From contig CAWFQL010000003.1 in NCBI GenBank assembly GCA_963817915.1, forward strand, positions 57,414-121,413: 64,000 bases of DNA, read 5' to 3'. Source of the DNA: an uncultured candidate division Zixibacteria bacterium. GTDB lineage: Bacteria > Zixibacteria > MSB-5A5 > UBA10806. A program made the translations under genes and the position numbers. Under the pieces are notes generated by a model. It had not been told where the DNA came from. It ran no database searches and worked only from the letters and a program-made list of their open reading frames with translations. Below, in pieces: positions 1 to 9,411 of the stretch. The number at the start of each line of letters is the position of its first letter. Position 1 is the first letter of the stretch.

Positions 1-575
1 CTCTCCCGATATTTATGCGGTCGTAGACAGAACACCACGGCTTTAGCCGTGGATGAATGAGCCTTGAGGCGGTATATTATGGTGTATGGAAGTAATCAAG
101 TCATCCCACAGCATGTATTGTTTGCATTACCACGTGGTTTGGGTATGCAAATACCGCCGAAAGATCCTGAAGCCTGGTGTCTGTTCATATATACGGAAGA
201 CTCTTCCGGGACTTCTTCGGGGAATGCCTGGGGTAACGATGGAGACAATTGGCTTTGATAATGATCATTTGCATATGCTGATGACGATTCCGCCGAAGTA
301 TAGTATTTCGGATGTCATGGGCAGTTTAAAAAGCCAATTGGCGTCAAGAATGCGGAAGTTTTTTCCATGGCTGGCCAAAGTGTACTGGAACGAAAACATA
401 GTCTGGTCACCGGGGTATTTTGTGAGTAGCGTCGGTCTGGATGAGCAGACAATCCGGAACTATGTGGAGTTTCAAGGACACCAGGATTCAGGACAACTCC
501 GTCAGGAGTTGTGAAAACCGCGAAGCGCAAGGCGTAAGCCATCAGTACCCCGGCTTTAGCCGGGGGTATCTATAT
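1..575 (+). mobile_element. IS200/IS605-family insertion sequence with a single TnpA ORF. The left boundary may lie outside the window.
   Basis: Subterminal hairpins in the same orientation: ccacggc-ttta-gccgtgg at ~32-49 and ccccggc-ttta-gccgggg at ~549-566. These flank a 142-aa HuH Y1 transposase ORF. The element abuts a truncated gene at 571. Confidence 0.6.
86..514 (+). CDS. tnpA: IS200-like Y1 (HuH) transposase TnpA
   Basis: 142 aa. Motifs HYHVVWVCKYRR and HLHMLMTIPPKYSISDVMGSLKS, and a C-terminal Y..S.VG segment, are typical of the IS200 TnpA family. Size is typical (~140 aa). Confidence 0.8.
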   Translation: MEVIKSSHSMYCLHYHVVWVCKYRRKILKPGVCSYIRKTLPGLLRGMPGVTMETIGFDNDHLHMLMTIPPKYSISDVMGSLKSQLASRMRKFFPWLAKVYWNENIVWSPGYFVSSVGLDEQTIRNYVEFQGHQDSGQLRQEL

Positions 576-912
576 TCAGAATGTCAACCCCGATGGCTCG
601 CTGGGCGATATAGCGATAGGAATCGATGGGCCGGACGCGAATATTCCAAATCAGTTTGAGCTATCGCAAAATTATCCCAATCCATTCAACGCCTCGACTA
701 TGATTCGCTATTATCTGCCTAAAACATCGGATGTCAAAATCGGTATCTATGATCAGCTTGGCCGCTTGGTCGCCGAATTTTCATCCGCAAGCGAGAACGC
801 CGGATATCACAGCGTCACATGGAATGCGTCAGAACTCGCGTCAGGAATTTACTTCTATAAAATAAATGCAGGTGATTATAGTGATACCAAACGAATGGTG
901 TTGCTGAAATAA
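571..912 (+). pseudogene. Orphan 3' fragment of a gene for a T9SS-secreted protein (C-terminal sorting domain only), apparently truncated by the IS insertion
   Basis: The frame is open from the IS right end: ...NVNPDGSLGDIAIGIDGPDANIPNQFELSQNYPNPFNASTMIRYYLPK...GIYFYKINAGDYSDTKRMVLLK*. This is the canonical Por/T9SS C-terminal domain, also seen intact at 27.3 kb and 44.6 kb. No upstream body or start codon is present. Confidence 0.65.
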
Positions 913-913
913 A

Positions 914-1024
914 GTAGGGCGGAACCCCCGCGGTTCCGCCAAAATGCCGCAAAAAAAGTCCGAACCACTGGGGTTCGGACTACCATAAATATTTCCGTAG
1001 GGGCTCAAAATTTTGAGCCCCTAC
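914..1024. repeat. Three consecutive GTAG-type REP-like hairpins (a BIME-like cluster)
   Basis: gtagggcggaac-ccccgcgg-ttccgcc (914-940). gtccgaacc-actgg-ggttcggactac (958-983), which on the other strand is GTAG+hairpin. gtaggggctcaaaattttgagcccctac (997-1024). Copies of each module recur at 18.1-19.4 kb and 28.87 kb. Confidence 0.7.
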
Positions 1025-1027
1025 AAT

Positions 1028-1237
1028 TTATTCCTTCACTACTAGCACATGTATCGCCTTGACGATTAATTTAACATTATCGCCTTTTTTGAGTCCGAGC
1101 TCATCGAGCGAATCGACCGTCATTACAGAGCCCATAACTGATTTGGCGGGGATTTCGAGCTTGACCTGCCCCATGATATCGCCCTTTTTAATCTCAACCA
1201 CTTTTCCAATTAATTGATTTCTCGCGCCGTATTTCAT
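1028..1237 (-). CDS. Molbindin / TOBE (Mop) domain protein, 69 aa
   Basis: Small single-domain protein whose pattern (GKVVEIKKGDIMGQVKLEI...VKLIVKA) matches the Mop/TOBE molybdate-binding fold. Confidence 0.5.
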   Translation of the reverse strand: MKYGARNQLIGKVVEIKKGDIMGQVKLEIPAKSVMGSVMTVDSLDELGLKKGDNVKLIVKAIHVLVVKE

Positions 1238-1261
1238 AATGTCCTCCGTTTGAAATTTTAT

Positions 1262-1350
1262 TGCGTGTCACAGTTTACTGTGACCGCAATCCATCTTGTC
1301 GCGGTCAAAGCTTATCCGCCGCTTGTCTGGCACGCAAGCATTGACTCGCG
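1262..1350. repeat. ~70-90-nt nested-hairpin element (family F), copy 1 of 3
   Basis: gcgtgtc-acag-TTTA-ctgt-gaccgcaa...gcggtcaaagc...gacacgcaa. Other copies at 28793-28860 and 28918-28990. The inner stem shows compensatory changes between copies (gtcacag/ctgtgac versus gtcgcag/ctgcgac). Confidence 0.6.
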
Positions 1351-1376
1351 ACTAAATTATTTTGGTTTTATAATTT

Positions 1377-2084
1377 TTAGTCTATCAATCTCGCAATGAA
1401 GAAAGCCGCGGCCGATGCCAATCCGCCGATAAGCATTGTCTGAAACGCACCTCGAAATGGGTTAAGCCCCGTGAATCTTCCCTTAATATAACCGAATACA
1501 AAGAGCGCCGTCAGTGTAACGCCGATAGAAACATATAGCGCGGTCGTCAAATTTCTGAGCACAATATATGATGCCAGCGGAACAAGACCTCCGATGATAT
1601 ATGACATCGCGATAGTAAATGCGCTGCGAGCGGCGCGTTTGGGATCCGGCGCTTCGAGGCCGAGCTCGAAACGCATCATGAAATCAACCCACCGTTTGGG
1701 CTCGGCGCAAATAGCTTCAACTACCGGAGCCATCTGTTCTTCATTCATGCCGTAGCCTCTGAAGACATCGGCGACTTCTTCGATTTCGCGATCGCGAAGT
1801 TTTTCGATTTCCAGGTATTCTCTGGCCTCCTCGGATTTATAATGCTCCATATCGGTCTTCGCGGCCAGATATCCGCCCAGCCCCATCGCTATCGATCCCG
1901 CCGCTATTTCAGCAAATCCCGCTGTTACAACAATCCCTGTCGGATTGGGACTGGCTGCCACCGCTCCGGTCAGGCCGGCCGCCAGAGCGAACGGCACAGT
2001 CAATCCATCGGACATCCCTATGACTATATCGCGAACAGTCGCGCTTGCCATAAAATGAGATTCAATATGTGGTGCCGCCGGCAT
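1377..2084 (-). CDS. VIT1/CCC1-family iron/manganese transporter
   Basis: 235 aa, with an N-terminal cytosolic ferritin-like region followed by TM helices (MSDGLTVPFALAAGLTGA, GLGGYLAAKTD). The architecture and motifs are those of the VIT family. Confidence 0.6.
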   Translation of the reverse strand: MPAAPHIESHFMASATVRDIVIGMSDGLTVPFALAAGLTGAVAASPNPTGIVVTAGFAEIAAGSIAMGLGGYLAAKTDMEHYKSEEAREYLEIEKLRDREIEEVADVFRGYGMNEEQMAPVVEAICAEPKRWVDFMMRFELGLEAPDPKRAARSAFTIAMSYIIGGLVPLASYIVLRNLTTALYVSIGVTLTALFVFGYIKGRFTGLNPFRGAFQTMLIGGLASAAAFFIARLID

Positions 2085-2104
2085 GATTCGCTCCTTTTAT
2101 TCTT

Positions 2105-2200
2105 TATACAACAGTAGGACAGGAGTCGCAGACTCCTGCCAAAACCACGTTTCTACAATGGCAGGAGTGTTCCACTCCTGCCCTACAAAATTGTGCCGCA
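2105..2200. repeat. REP-like hairpins (caggagt...actcctgcc family)
   Basis: gtaggacaggagtcgcagactcctgcc and ggcaggagtgttccactcctgccctac. A related copy is at 6662-6690. Confidence 0.55.
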
Positions 2201-2218
2201 TATACAGTATTTCTAATC

Positions 2219-3628
2219 TCATAATTTGGCCAACGCCTTCAATATCGCGTCCGTGATCGGATCGAAATGTTTCTTGACCAGATGGCCGCCGGGAAGCTGA
2301 ATACAATCGACCATGGTCGTATCGAGGTCCTTATCCCTGCAGATTACGTCGTCGTCATCCGCTCCATAGAAGCAAAGAATTTTTATCCCTTTGAGCCTTT
2401 TAAATTCGGGCTTGGTAGGAGTCGATTTATCGCTGGGTGAATTACCGAACCAATTGGACACGTGGAATTCAAAATCTGCTTCATGCGCGGGGCCGATGAG
2501 TGCTATCAATTTTATTTTATCTTTTAAATCTGCCGGAAGACGATTTACCATGAATGGCAATACGTCGGCCCCCATAGAATAACCGATTAATATTATTTTC
2601 TCCTTTTTCCAGGCTGTCGAATAATACGACAAAACCCTGCCCAGATCTAACGACGCCTCTTCAGGTGTCTTCTTATGCCAGAAATATTTCAGCGAATTCC
2701 ATCCGATAACAGAAATCCCGCTATCGGCCAGTGAATTCGAGATCCCCTTGTCGGTCACTCCCCAGCCGCCATCGCCTGTGATATGAACTGCCATGACGTT
2801 TTTAGTCGTATCATCCGCGATCACCTCTACCAATGGCAGGTCTTTCACCGCGACATCTTCCACCGGTGGCGGTGTAATCTGCTGAGTGAATGTTACCTTC
2901 TTGTAGGCTTCCTTAAATTGCGGCATCCAATTTCGCTCGACTGAAAAACCATGCCCGACCTTGGGCAATTGAATGATCTCGCCGTTTTTCACCTGCCCTA
3001 CAAATTTATCGGTTTCAGCGGGATCGCAGACTTGATCTATATCTCCCTGCAACGCTACCCATGGCACTTCCAGAGATTTCGCCGGCAAAAAACTGTACCC
3101 CTTCCCTTTGGGGCCGGCAGTCCATTCGAGACCAATACCGGGACAGAATTGCTTAGTCACCGGCAAGTCGGGGCAGAAACCCAGACTGATGGCGCCTTTG
3201 AATGTGTTAGTCGGAGCCTGGACAAGCGAGGCATATACTAAAGTCGCGCCCGATGAATACCCGACGAGGATCGGTGTCACATAATTTGGAAATTTGTAAT
3301 TCTCCTGCACGAATTTACTCAATATCTCGAAATCCCCGGCCGGATATGAGCATTTCTCCGATGATTTATCGAGCTCGCCGAGATAATGAGTGATATTAAC
3401 TCCAACGACCATGGCGTCGAGCGATGACAGCGAACGAGCCATATCGACTACTCCAAGATTCCAGCCGCCATCGCCTGATACAAAAAGTACTAAATTCGAC
3501 GGAGTGGGGTTATTGTAATAGGTATAAATATTGCCGAATCGTCCGAATTTCAATGTATCCTCGGTCGCGAGTGATAAATTGAATAAAATAATCGTAGTTA
3601 GTGAAATCAGCAGACATATCTTTTTCAT
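2219..3628 (-). CDS. AcvB/VirJ-family two-domain alpha/beta hydrolase, a putative aminoacyl-phosphatidylglycerol hydrolase. Secreted or periplasmic.
   Basis: Signal peptide MKKICLLISLTTIILFNLSLA; the probable start is the internal Met at 3628, while the ORF extends to 3670. Two tandem alpha/beta-hydrolase-like halves (HITGDGGWGVTDK...; LVGYSSGATL; ILIGYSMGADV), as in Agrobacterium AcvB and Pseudomonas PA0919. It sits next to MprF-like genes. Confidence 0.6.
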   Translation of the reverse strand: MKKICLLISLTTIILFNLSLATEDTLKFGRFGNIYTYYNNPTPSNLVLFVSGDGGWNLGVVDMARSLSSLDAMVVGVNITHYLGELDKSSEKCSYPAGDFEILSKFVQENYKFPNYVTPILVGYSSGATLVYASLVQAPTNTFKGAISLGFCPDLPVTKQFCPGIGLEWTAGPKGKGYSFLPAKSLEVPWVALQGDIDQVCDPAETDKFVGQVKNGEIIQLPKVGHGFSVERNWMPQFKEAYKKVTFTQQITPPPVEDVAVKDLPLVEVIADDTTKNVMAVHITGDGGWGVTDKGISNSLADSGISVIGWNSLKYFWHKKTPEEASLDLGRVLSYYSTAWKKEKIILIGYSMGADVLPFMVNRLPADLKDKIKLIALIGPAHEADFEFHVSNWFGNSPSDKSTPTKPEFKRLKGIKILCFYGADDDDVICRDKDLDTTMVDCIQLPGGHLVKKHFDPITDAILKALAKL

Positions 3629-3671
3629 TTTGGTCACGCCCCCGTATAAATTGAATTGCAAAAAATACAAA

Positions 3672-4727
3672 TCACACTTCTATTTTACGCTTCAAAAGCT
3701 TCGATATCTCCAATCGAATATCTTTTAATTTCATCCCCGTCTCCGATATCGCCCATAACCCCAATATCCAAAGCGGAATTGTCAGAATAATAAACACTAC
3801 TATCGAAAAGCCGGTTGCAGTTGTTTTATCGATTCCGAAAATAGTCAATCCCACAACGCAGAAAAATTGATAGGAACCGATATTCGATGGAGCGTTGGGG
3901 ATGGCAGTCCCGAGATGCACAATCATCATCACCGCAGCCCCGGCCCATAGCGAGACTTCAAGACCATAAGCCCTCATTACCAGCCAGAACGCCAGGATTT
4001 GGAATATCAATACAAATGCCGAGGCTATCAATGCGAAATAAAAATCACTTTTTAGCCCTATCTGCTTGATACCCGCGGCGATTTTTGAAATAAACCCAAT
4101 CGCTCTCTTTAATATTCCGGCCTTTCCAATGACTGCTGATTTGTTTTGTGCCAGCTCGCGTTGCTTTCTGAACACAAGGTAAATAAAAAGAATCACTGCC
4201 AAAATTACGACTATCCCCAAAATGTCGGCGGCCTTCAAGAGATTTTTCGGGAGCTCGACAAACAGCGCGGTCAATCCGATTCCAAATGCCAGCCAGATTC
4301 CGTCATGAAACCGCTCGATCACCATCGATGGCACAATCGAAAGTATGTCCTTTGACATCCAGCGCGAAACCAGATAGGCACGGACGAGCTCGCCTGCCCG
4401 CAATGGTATTATCTCATTAGTAAAAAGTCCGGCATAGATCGCCTGAGTTGTTTTGATTGTTGATATTTCCCCGAGTGGTTTCATTAAAATCCGCCATCGA
4501 AGTCCCTGGCTCAAATAGCTGAAAATATCAAAAAACACAGCCAGTATTATCAAGCTCCATTGGATATTCGGTATCTGAGAAAATAACCGTTCAACATGAA
4601 TATCATGAAAAACCCACACCAGACATGCGGCGGCGAAAAGATATCCTAATATCTGTTTTAGACGATAATTTTTGGATGATGAAGGCCTATCTCTATCAAT
4701 GGCGGAGGATGATTCGTCATTTTTCAT
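3672..4727 (-). CDS. Lysylphosphatidylglycerol-synthase TM-region (flippase-like, UPF0104) membrane protein
   Basis: 351 aa, polytopic membrane protein, with a basic N-terminus followed by ~8 TM helices. It has the MprF N-terminal flippase-domain architecture and is adjacent to a synthase-type MprF. Confidence 0.5.
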   Translation of the reverse strand: MKNDESSSAIDRDRPSSSKNYRLKQILGYLFAAACLVWVFHDIHVERLFSQIPNIQWSLIILAVFFDIFSYLSQGLRWRILMKPLGEISTIKTTQAIYAGLFTNEIIPLRAGELVRAYLVSRWMSKDILSIVPSMVIERFHDGIWLAFGIGLTALFVELPKNLLKAADILGIVVILAVILFIYLVFRKQRELAQNKSAVIGKAGILKRAIGFISKIAAGIKQIGLKSDFYFALIASAFVLIFQILAFWLVMRAYGLEVSLWAGAAVMMIVHLGTAIPNAPSNIGSYQFFCVVGLTIFGIDKTTATGFSIVVFIILTIPLWILGLWAISETGMKLKDIRLEISKLLKRKIEV

Positions 4728-4741
4728 TATATAAATTTCGT

Positions 4742-6436
4742 TTAATTCCGGTTCTTTTTTACGATTCGTAGTATCAACGGAACACCGATCGGTTTTTTGA
4801 CTTCGGATAATTCCCGAAGAGCAATCGCCAGTCTCGTCAAGTCGAGATAGCCTCTATAAATCGAATAACGCGGCTCCCAGGTATTAGCGAATTTAGCCTT
4901 ATAATTCAGAAGCCCCTTGTAGCTGAAAAGGAAGTTCAGATGCTGGAAGAAATAATGAATAGCCTTTTCCTCAGGAGATGCTTGCTCATTTTCCCTGAAA
5001 CCAGACATCGGAGCCATGCCGAGATTGAAACGTTCATACCCCTGTTCTTTCGAATGAAGAAAAAGCTTTATGAAAAGATAATCCATAATGCCGTTGGGTG
5101 ATGATTTCCTGCGTCGCATGAGATCATTCGTCACTTCTCCTTTGAGGTAAGAAGGTATCAGATTTACAAACCCCTGAATCTTACCGTCAATATCTTCCGC
5201 TGTCAAAACCGGTGTCGAGCGGATATATTCGGTTTCGAACATTCCCAATGTGAAGTGCCGCTCCCGACGACCTGAAATCTGAAGCCATTCATCGGAGACT
5301 TCTTTAACTCTGGCGATTATCTCGTCCGGCACAGGTGGCTGATAGAAATGAGAGTGTATCCCGGCTTCTTCCATTTTTCGAACCGTGTGACGAATTTCTT
5401 TCTTAGCTTTTTCCAATGTAAATTGCTTGAGGTCCACTATGCCGTCATCGCCGATTTTGATCTTCCTGAATCCGAGCTTTTCGAAGATCGGAAGATAATC
5501 CGGCAGGGTTTGATGAAAGCATGTTCCCCAATCATTCTCCTGACAATAAGTTGAAAAACCGCGAATAATCTCTTCGATCTCATCCTCCGGCCCCACGGGA
5601 TCGCCCAATGCTATGGCAAAATTATTGGCCACTCCATAAGCGACTACACTCTTCTGGGATTTTGAAAAATAATATGATTTATCCGGCCAGAATTTGAAAT
5701 AGTCCATCGATGATCGGCCATATTGTTCAACAATCGTTCTTGTTTGCGAAATTTCATTCGGCAGAGTCCTGAATCTATAAATGACGGGCCGAAACAACGC
5801 ATACAAAGAATAAATAATCGTAATAGAAGATAAGAAATAAAGCGAATCGAGAAACCATTTGGCGTAACGAGTCCGGGGAATTAGAGTAGAATCGCCGATC
5901 CATGTCAGATATAGAAATGTTTCCTTAATCGCCTCGCCGATATGGAAATTAATCTCAAAATGATTTTTATCCAAAAACCAGAATGCCGCAATGCCATATC
6001 CAAATGCCAGTAAGACCGCGATTCCAAACCTCGCCAGCCCCCAGCGAATATCCGGTATGCTGCTTTTGACAACAAAACTTTTTCTGGCGAGAATCAATAC
6101 CAGCAAAAGCACAAGCGAAACCGAAGCCTCTTCGTAGTCAAGACCTTTGGTGAGATGAAATATGATCGAAAAGATCGATAAAATCAATACTGTCAAAAAT
6201 GCGCGTTTCTTTCGACGGTAAATATTTATCGCCGAAACCACCAGCGCCATTCCAATTGCCATTGTCAGGAATTTCGAAAGATGTATGAATTCCAGCGCGA
6301 AAAACTCTTTCAATATTGCATGCCGTTCCGGCAGGCTGGGGCCGATTAATGAAATGAAGTTGATCAGCCCGCTTCCCAGAGTAAATAGGGCAACGAGCTT
6401 TACCAGGATCATGCTTGGCTTAAGTTCTATTTTCAT
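4742..6436 (-). CDS. mprF: MprF-like aminoacyl-phosphatidylglycerol synthase: TM region plus C-terminal DUF2156 synthase domain
   Basis: 564 aa. N-terminal ~6 TM helices, then a soluble C-terminal domain (…GDPVGPEDEIEEIIRGF…FETEYIRSTPVL…LNYKAKFANTWEPRYSIY) that matches the MprF synthase (LPG_synthase_C) domain. Confidence 0.65.
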   Translation of the reverse strand: MKIELKPSMILVKLVALFTLGSGLINFISLIGPSLPERHAILKEFFALEFIHLSKFLTMAIGMALVVSAINIYRRKKRAFLTVLILSIFSIIFHLTKGLDYEEASVSLVLLLVLILARKSFVVKSSIPDIRWGLARFGIAVLLAFGYGIAAFWFLDKNHFEINFHIGEAIKETFLYLTWIGDSTLIPRTRYAKWFLDSLYFLSSITIIYSLYALFRPVIYRFRTLPNEISQTRTIVEQYGRSSMDYFKFWPDKSYYFSKSQKSVVAYGVANNFAIALGDPVGPEDEIEEIIRGFSTYCQENDWGTCFHQTLPDYLPIFEKLGFRKIKIGDDGIVDLKQFTLEKAKKEIRHTVRKMEEAGIHSHFYQPPVPDEIIARVKEVSDEWLQISGRRERHFTLGMFETEYIRSTPVLTAEDIDGKIQGFVNLIPSYLKGEVTNDLMRRRKSSPNGIMDYLFIKLFLHSKEQGYERFNLGMAPMSGFRENEQASPEEKAIHYFFQHLNFLFSYKGLLNYKAKFANTWEPRYSIYRGYLDLTRLAIALRELSEVKKPIGVPLILRIVKKNRN

Positions 6437-6599
6437 ATTTCATCGCTTTTATACTAAATTCGCCCGCATATCTCAATAGTTGCCCGGGGTATCAACCCCA
6501 GCTTCTTATACGTTTCATAGCCTGAATAATTATATGACGCTTTTATATCCAGTCAAGTCGATTAAATAGAAGAAATCCATCAAACTCCTATTAAACACT

Positions 6600-6735
6600 C
6601 TGGGATATCAACTGCGCTTTCCGGTCGCCCGACCCGACATAAAACAATTAGCCCTGCATACCAAAAGTAGGCCAGGAGTTGGAACACTCCTGCTATCAAA
6701 GAGCTGTCGGGTCGCCTGACCCGACAGCTTAGTTC
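6600..6735. repeat. Palindromic repeats (gtcgggtcgcctgacccgac family plus a caggagt hairpin)
   Basis: cggtcgcccgacccgac (6615). gtaggccaggagttggaacactcctgc (6662). ctgtcgggtcgcctgacccgacag (6703-6727). The same 20-bp palindrome recurs at 15.9-16.3 kb, 18.04 kb and 18.23 kb. Confidence 0.7.
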
Positions 6736-6810
6736 GAAATCAAAAAACGCCCTTGGGAAATTCAAGTGCTATCGGGTTGCCTCATCCGACAGGAAATTTC
6801 CGAAAGCATA

Positions 6811-9372
6811 TTATGGTTGCTTGGGAGTGAGCAGAAAATTCAGATTTTCCAATGCCGCATTGGTTTCCGATGGGGTTATTTCCATCTCGATAAACCCCGG
6901 CTCGGAAATATACCCAAATTTTATCAGCTGTTCGGAGTTTATATAAATTTTGTATTTTCCCGGTACCAGCCCCTGATAGTAATACTCGCCATTGCTGAAT
7001 GCTGTCACCTCGCTGACAGCTTCTGTGGCCGTATTCATTATCTCCACCTTGAATCCGCCGACTCCAGTCTTGCCCTGGGCTGCTTCCTTTTCTATAAATC
7101 CGCTGATATCGCTGACCACCACGAGCGGAACCTCGACCCCGGTAACAATATTGGGATCGCATAATATCTTATAATTCTCATGCGCCGGCTTCAGGCTGGG
7201 GTTATCGATACTATTTAAATCTATTTGTACCAAATAATAATCGTATGGCCTCAGGCCTTCATAGTAATACACCTTACCCGATGACGCGGCCTTTTCTCTG
7301 CCGCTAACTATTTTTGCTTTGATACCTGAAATAATTTCTTCGTTTTTGTCCCTGACTCCGTCGAAATCATCATCGCGGAAGGGCTTTATTAACGCCGACC
7401 CGAATCCAACGCCGTTTCTACGGTCGAATCTAATCGCTCCGCCTTCGCTGTCATACCGAACCGAACCTTTCTGCACCTGGCTCATCGATGTTGTACTGCC
7501 CGTAGAAAGAACTCTCGATGTAAAATTAGCGAATCCCGTAAAAAGATTGAAGGTCAACATATAGAGATTAGACTTGGAGCTCTCGTTCCGTTCAAATGAT
7601 AACGACAGCTGGCCTGTCCGAAAAACCCTTCGACCCATTACGATACCATAGCTTGCCATTCTATTCTGCATATGATCGAATACAAACTTGAATTTCGGCT
7701 GTACCCACGGGATTAACGAAGTGGAAAGCAAGGCCTGACTGGTCAAATCCTGCGAAGAGCGATTGGGGAATATCGATATCTTATATCTACCCGAATAACT
7801 GAACTGAAATCTATTAAACGAAAGATTGAATCCGTAATTCATATTGATATTATCGAGATTGCGGAATTTATCCCAATTGACATTATATCGAAATCCCAAA
7901 TATCGCCCGCCTATTTTCAATGGCGCCGAGAATGCCATTTGAACACTATGCTGCTGCCCAAATCTGTTTTGGAATTTACTTTCATAATATTTCGTATATC
8001 CCGCGCTGATATTTAAAATCGAAAGCTTGCTGTAGTTAAGCGCCAGGCCGGCAGATTTATTGGGAGCAAAAGATCCGTTAACCGTGAGATTGCCTCCCAT
8101 CTGGTAGGTGGCGTCAGTCCCGAATGATGGCTTTTCATTGTTTCGCGATTCGATCGGCAGATCGGAGCTGACCCCCAATGTCAATTTATCGCTTATGCCG
8201 TAATATGAAGTAGCCTGAGCGTATTTGCTGTTTTCATCCGGAATTGTAGCTGTGCCCGCGGCTACGGAGTATTCGAAATTATTCTTTGGGACCAGATTAT
8301 ACGGAATTCTGATATATTTTTCCTCCGTTCGTATTTCGCCATTGGGGCCGTACATTTTGAGGGATATTACCGATGCCCCATAGTAAATATCCACATTGAA
8401 ATTGTAATCGCCATTATGATCAGTCGCCTGAAAATCTGTGAGCTTCTGGTCGATATACAATTCGACTTCCCAGCCTTCGCCCAGATGATCCGCGAGATTT
8501 AATGTCTGAAAATATTTTCTCTCGACCTGAGGTTTATTGGTAATCATTCCGCCTTTCAGACCCCTTGAGAAAAGCCCGCTGGTATTGATATTTCCAAGGT
8601 CCGCCTGAGTCAGATAATGATTATCATTGAAAAAGTAATGCCATTTATAAATCATCTGATTGGATTGAATACCCGTGACACTATTGCCGCCGCCGGTCAC
8701 GCTGATATCTCCACCGAGAACAATGCCGCCGGCGTTGAAATCAAAATATTGTCCTCCGCCTCCCAAGGGGCTTGCCGATACCGCCCAATCTACAACTCCG
8801 CCATTAAAAATATCCCGTTTTCGGGGAATTACCTTAACATCCCGCGGCGCCGCGGCCTTGGCCTGAATGCTTTCGTGCTCTAATTTTCGTTTTAATTTTT
8901 GGTACGATGGAAATTCCTTGTTCAATGGGAGATAAACCCGCAAAGCTGAAAATTTGAAATCCATCTTCAAGCCGAAATACTCGTCAAATAGATCAATCCT
9001 CAGATAAAGATCCCGTGAATTCAAATAATAGTCCCATATTCTCAACGGTTTTATCTTGCCGGCGATTTTGGCTTCGGAATTAATCAGGTCAAGTTGATAA
9101 CGCTGATTTGTATTGATGATATAACCCGCGTATCTCAATTTTAGCGAATCATATTCGATATGCAGATCGAGAAGCCCGAATATTTCATTCAACGGCAGAT
9201 AGACCGTAGAGCCGTCATACTGGACAAATAAGTCAGTCCTGATAAGTTGGGGAACATCGAAACCGACAACGATCTCTTCATATGTTTTCTCCTGCGCCAA
9301 CACCAAAGGCGCGGAGAAAAAAAACGATATCAGAACGACCAAGACTAAGTTTCGGTTAATCATTGCAATCAT
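6811..9372 (-). CDS. Outer-membrane fimbrial usher-like protein, last gene of the chaperone-usher pilus operon
   Basis: 853 aa with a signal peptide (MIAMINRNLVLVVLISFFFSAPLVLAQE), a beta-rich central region and C-terminal beta-sandwich-like segments (GFKVEIMNT...GEYYYQGLVPGKYKIYI). Size and operon position (after pilins and chaperone) match ushers. Homology is inferred from architecture and context, not verified by alignment. Confidence 0.55.
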   Translation of the reverse strand: MIAMINRNLVLVVLISFFFSAPLVLAQEKTYEEIVVGFDVPQLIRTDLFVQYDGSTVYLPLNEIFGLLDLHIEYDSLKLRYAGYIINTNQRYQLDLINSEAKIAGKIKPLRIWDYYLNSRDLYLRIDLFDEYFGLKMDFKFSALRVYLPLNKEFPSYQKLKRKLEHESIQAKAAAPRDVKVIPRKRDIFNGGVVDWAVSASPLGGGGQYFDFNAGGIVLGGDISVTGGGNSVTGIQSNQMIYKWHYFFNDNHYLTQADLGNINTSGLFSRGLKGGMITNKPQVERKYFQTLNLADHLGEGWEVELYIDQKLTDFQATDHNGDYNFNVDIYYGASVISLKMYGPNGEIRTEEKYIRIPYNLVPKNNFEYSVAAGTATIPDENSKYAQATSYYGISDKLTLGVSSDLPIESRNNEKPSFGTDATYQMGGNLTVNGSFAPNKSAGLALNYSKLSILNISAGYTKYYESKFQNRFGQQHSVQMAFSAPLKIGGRYLGFRYNVNWDKFRNLDNINMNYGFNLSFNRFQFSYSGRYKISIFPNRSSQDLTSQALLSTSLIPWVQPKFKFVFDHMQNRMASYGIVMGRRVFRTGQLSLSFERNESSKSNLYMLTFNLFTGFANFTSRVLSTGSTTSMSQVQKGSVRYDSEGGAIRFDRRNGVGFGSALIKPFRDDDFDGVRDKNEEIISGIKAKIVSGREKAASSGKVYYYEGLRPYDYYLVQIDLNSIDNPSLKPAHENYKILCDPNIVTGVEVPLVVVSDISGFIEKEAAQGKTGVGGFKVEIMNTATEAVSEVTAFSNGEYYYQGLVPGKYKIYINSEQLIKFGYISEPGFIEMEITPSETNAALENLNFLLTPKQP

Positions 9373-9411
9373 AACGCTCTTAATAGAATTGCTATTTCCC
9401 CCAAAAATAAA

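Noticed and set aside
64-258. 64-aa ORF overlapping the TnpA start
   Set aside because: It is in an alternate frame of the IS200 transposase gene. TnpA (86-514) has the conserved motifs and the expected length.
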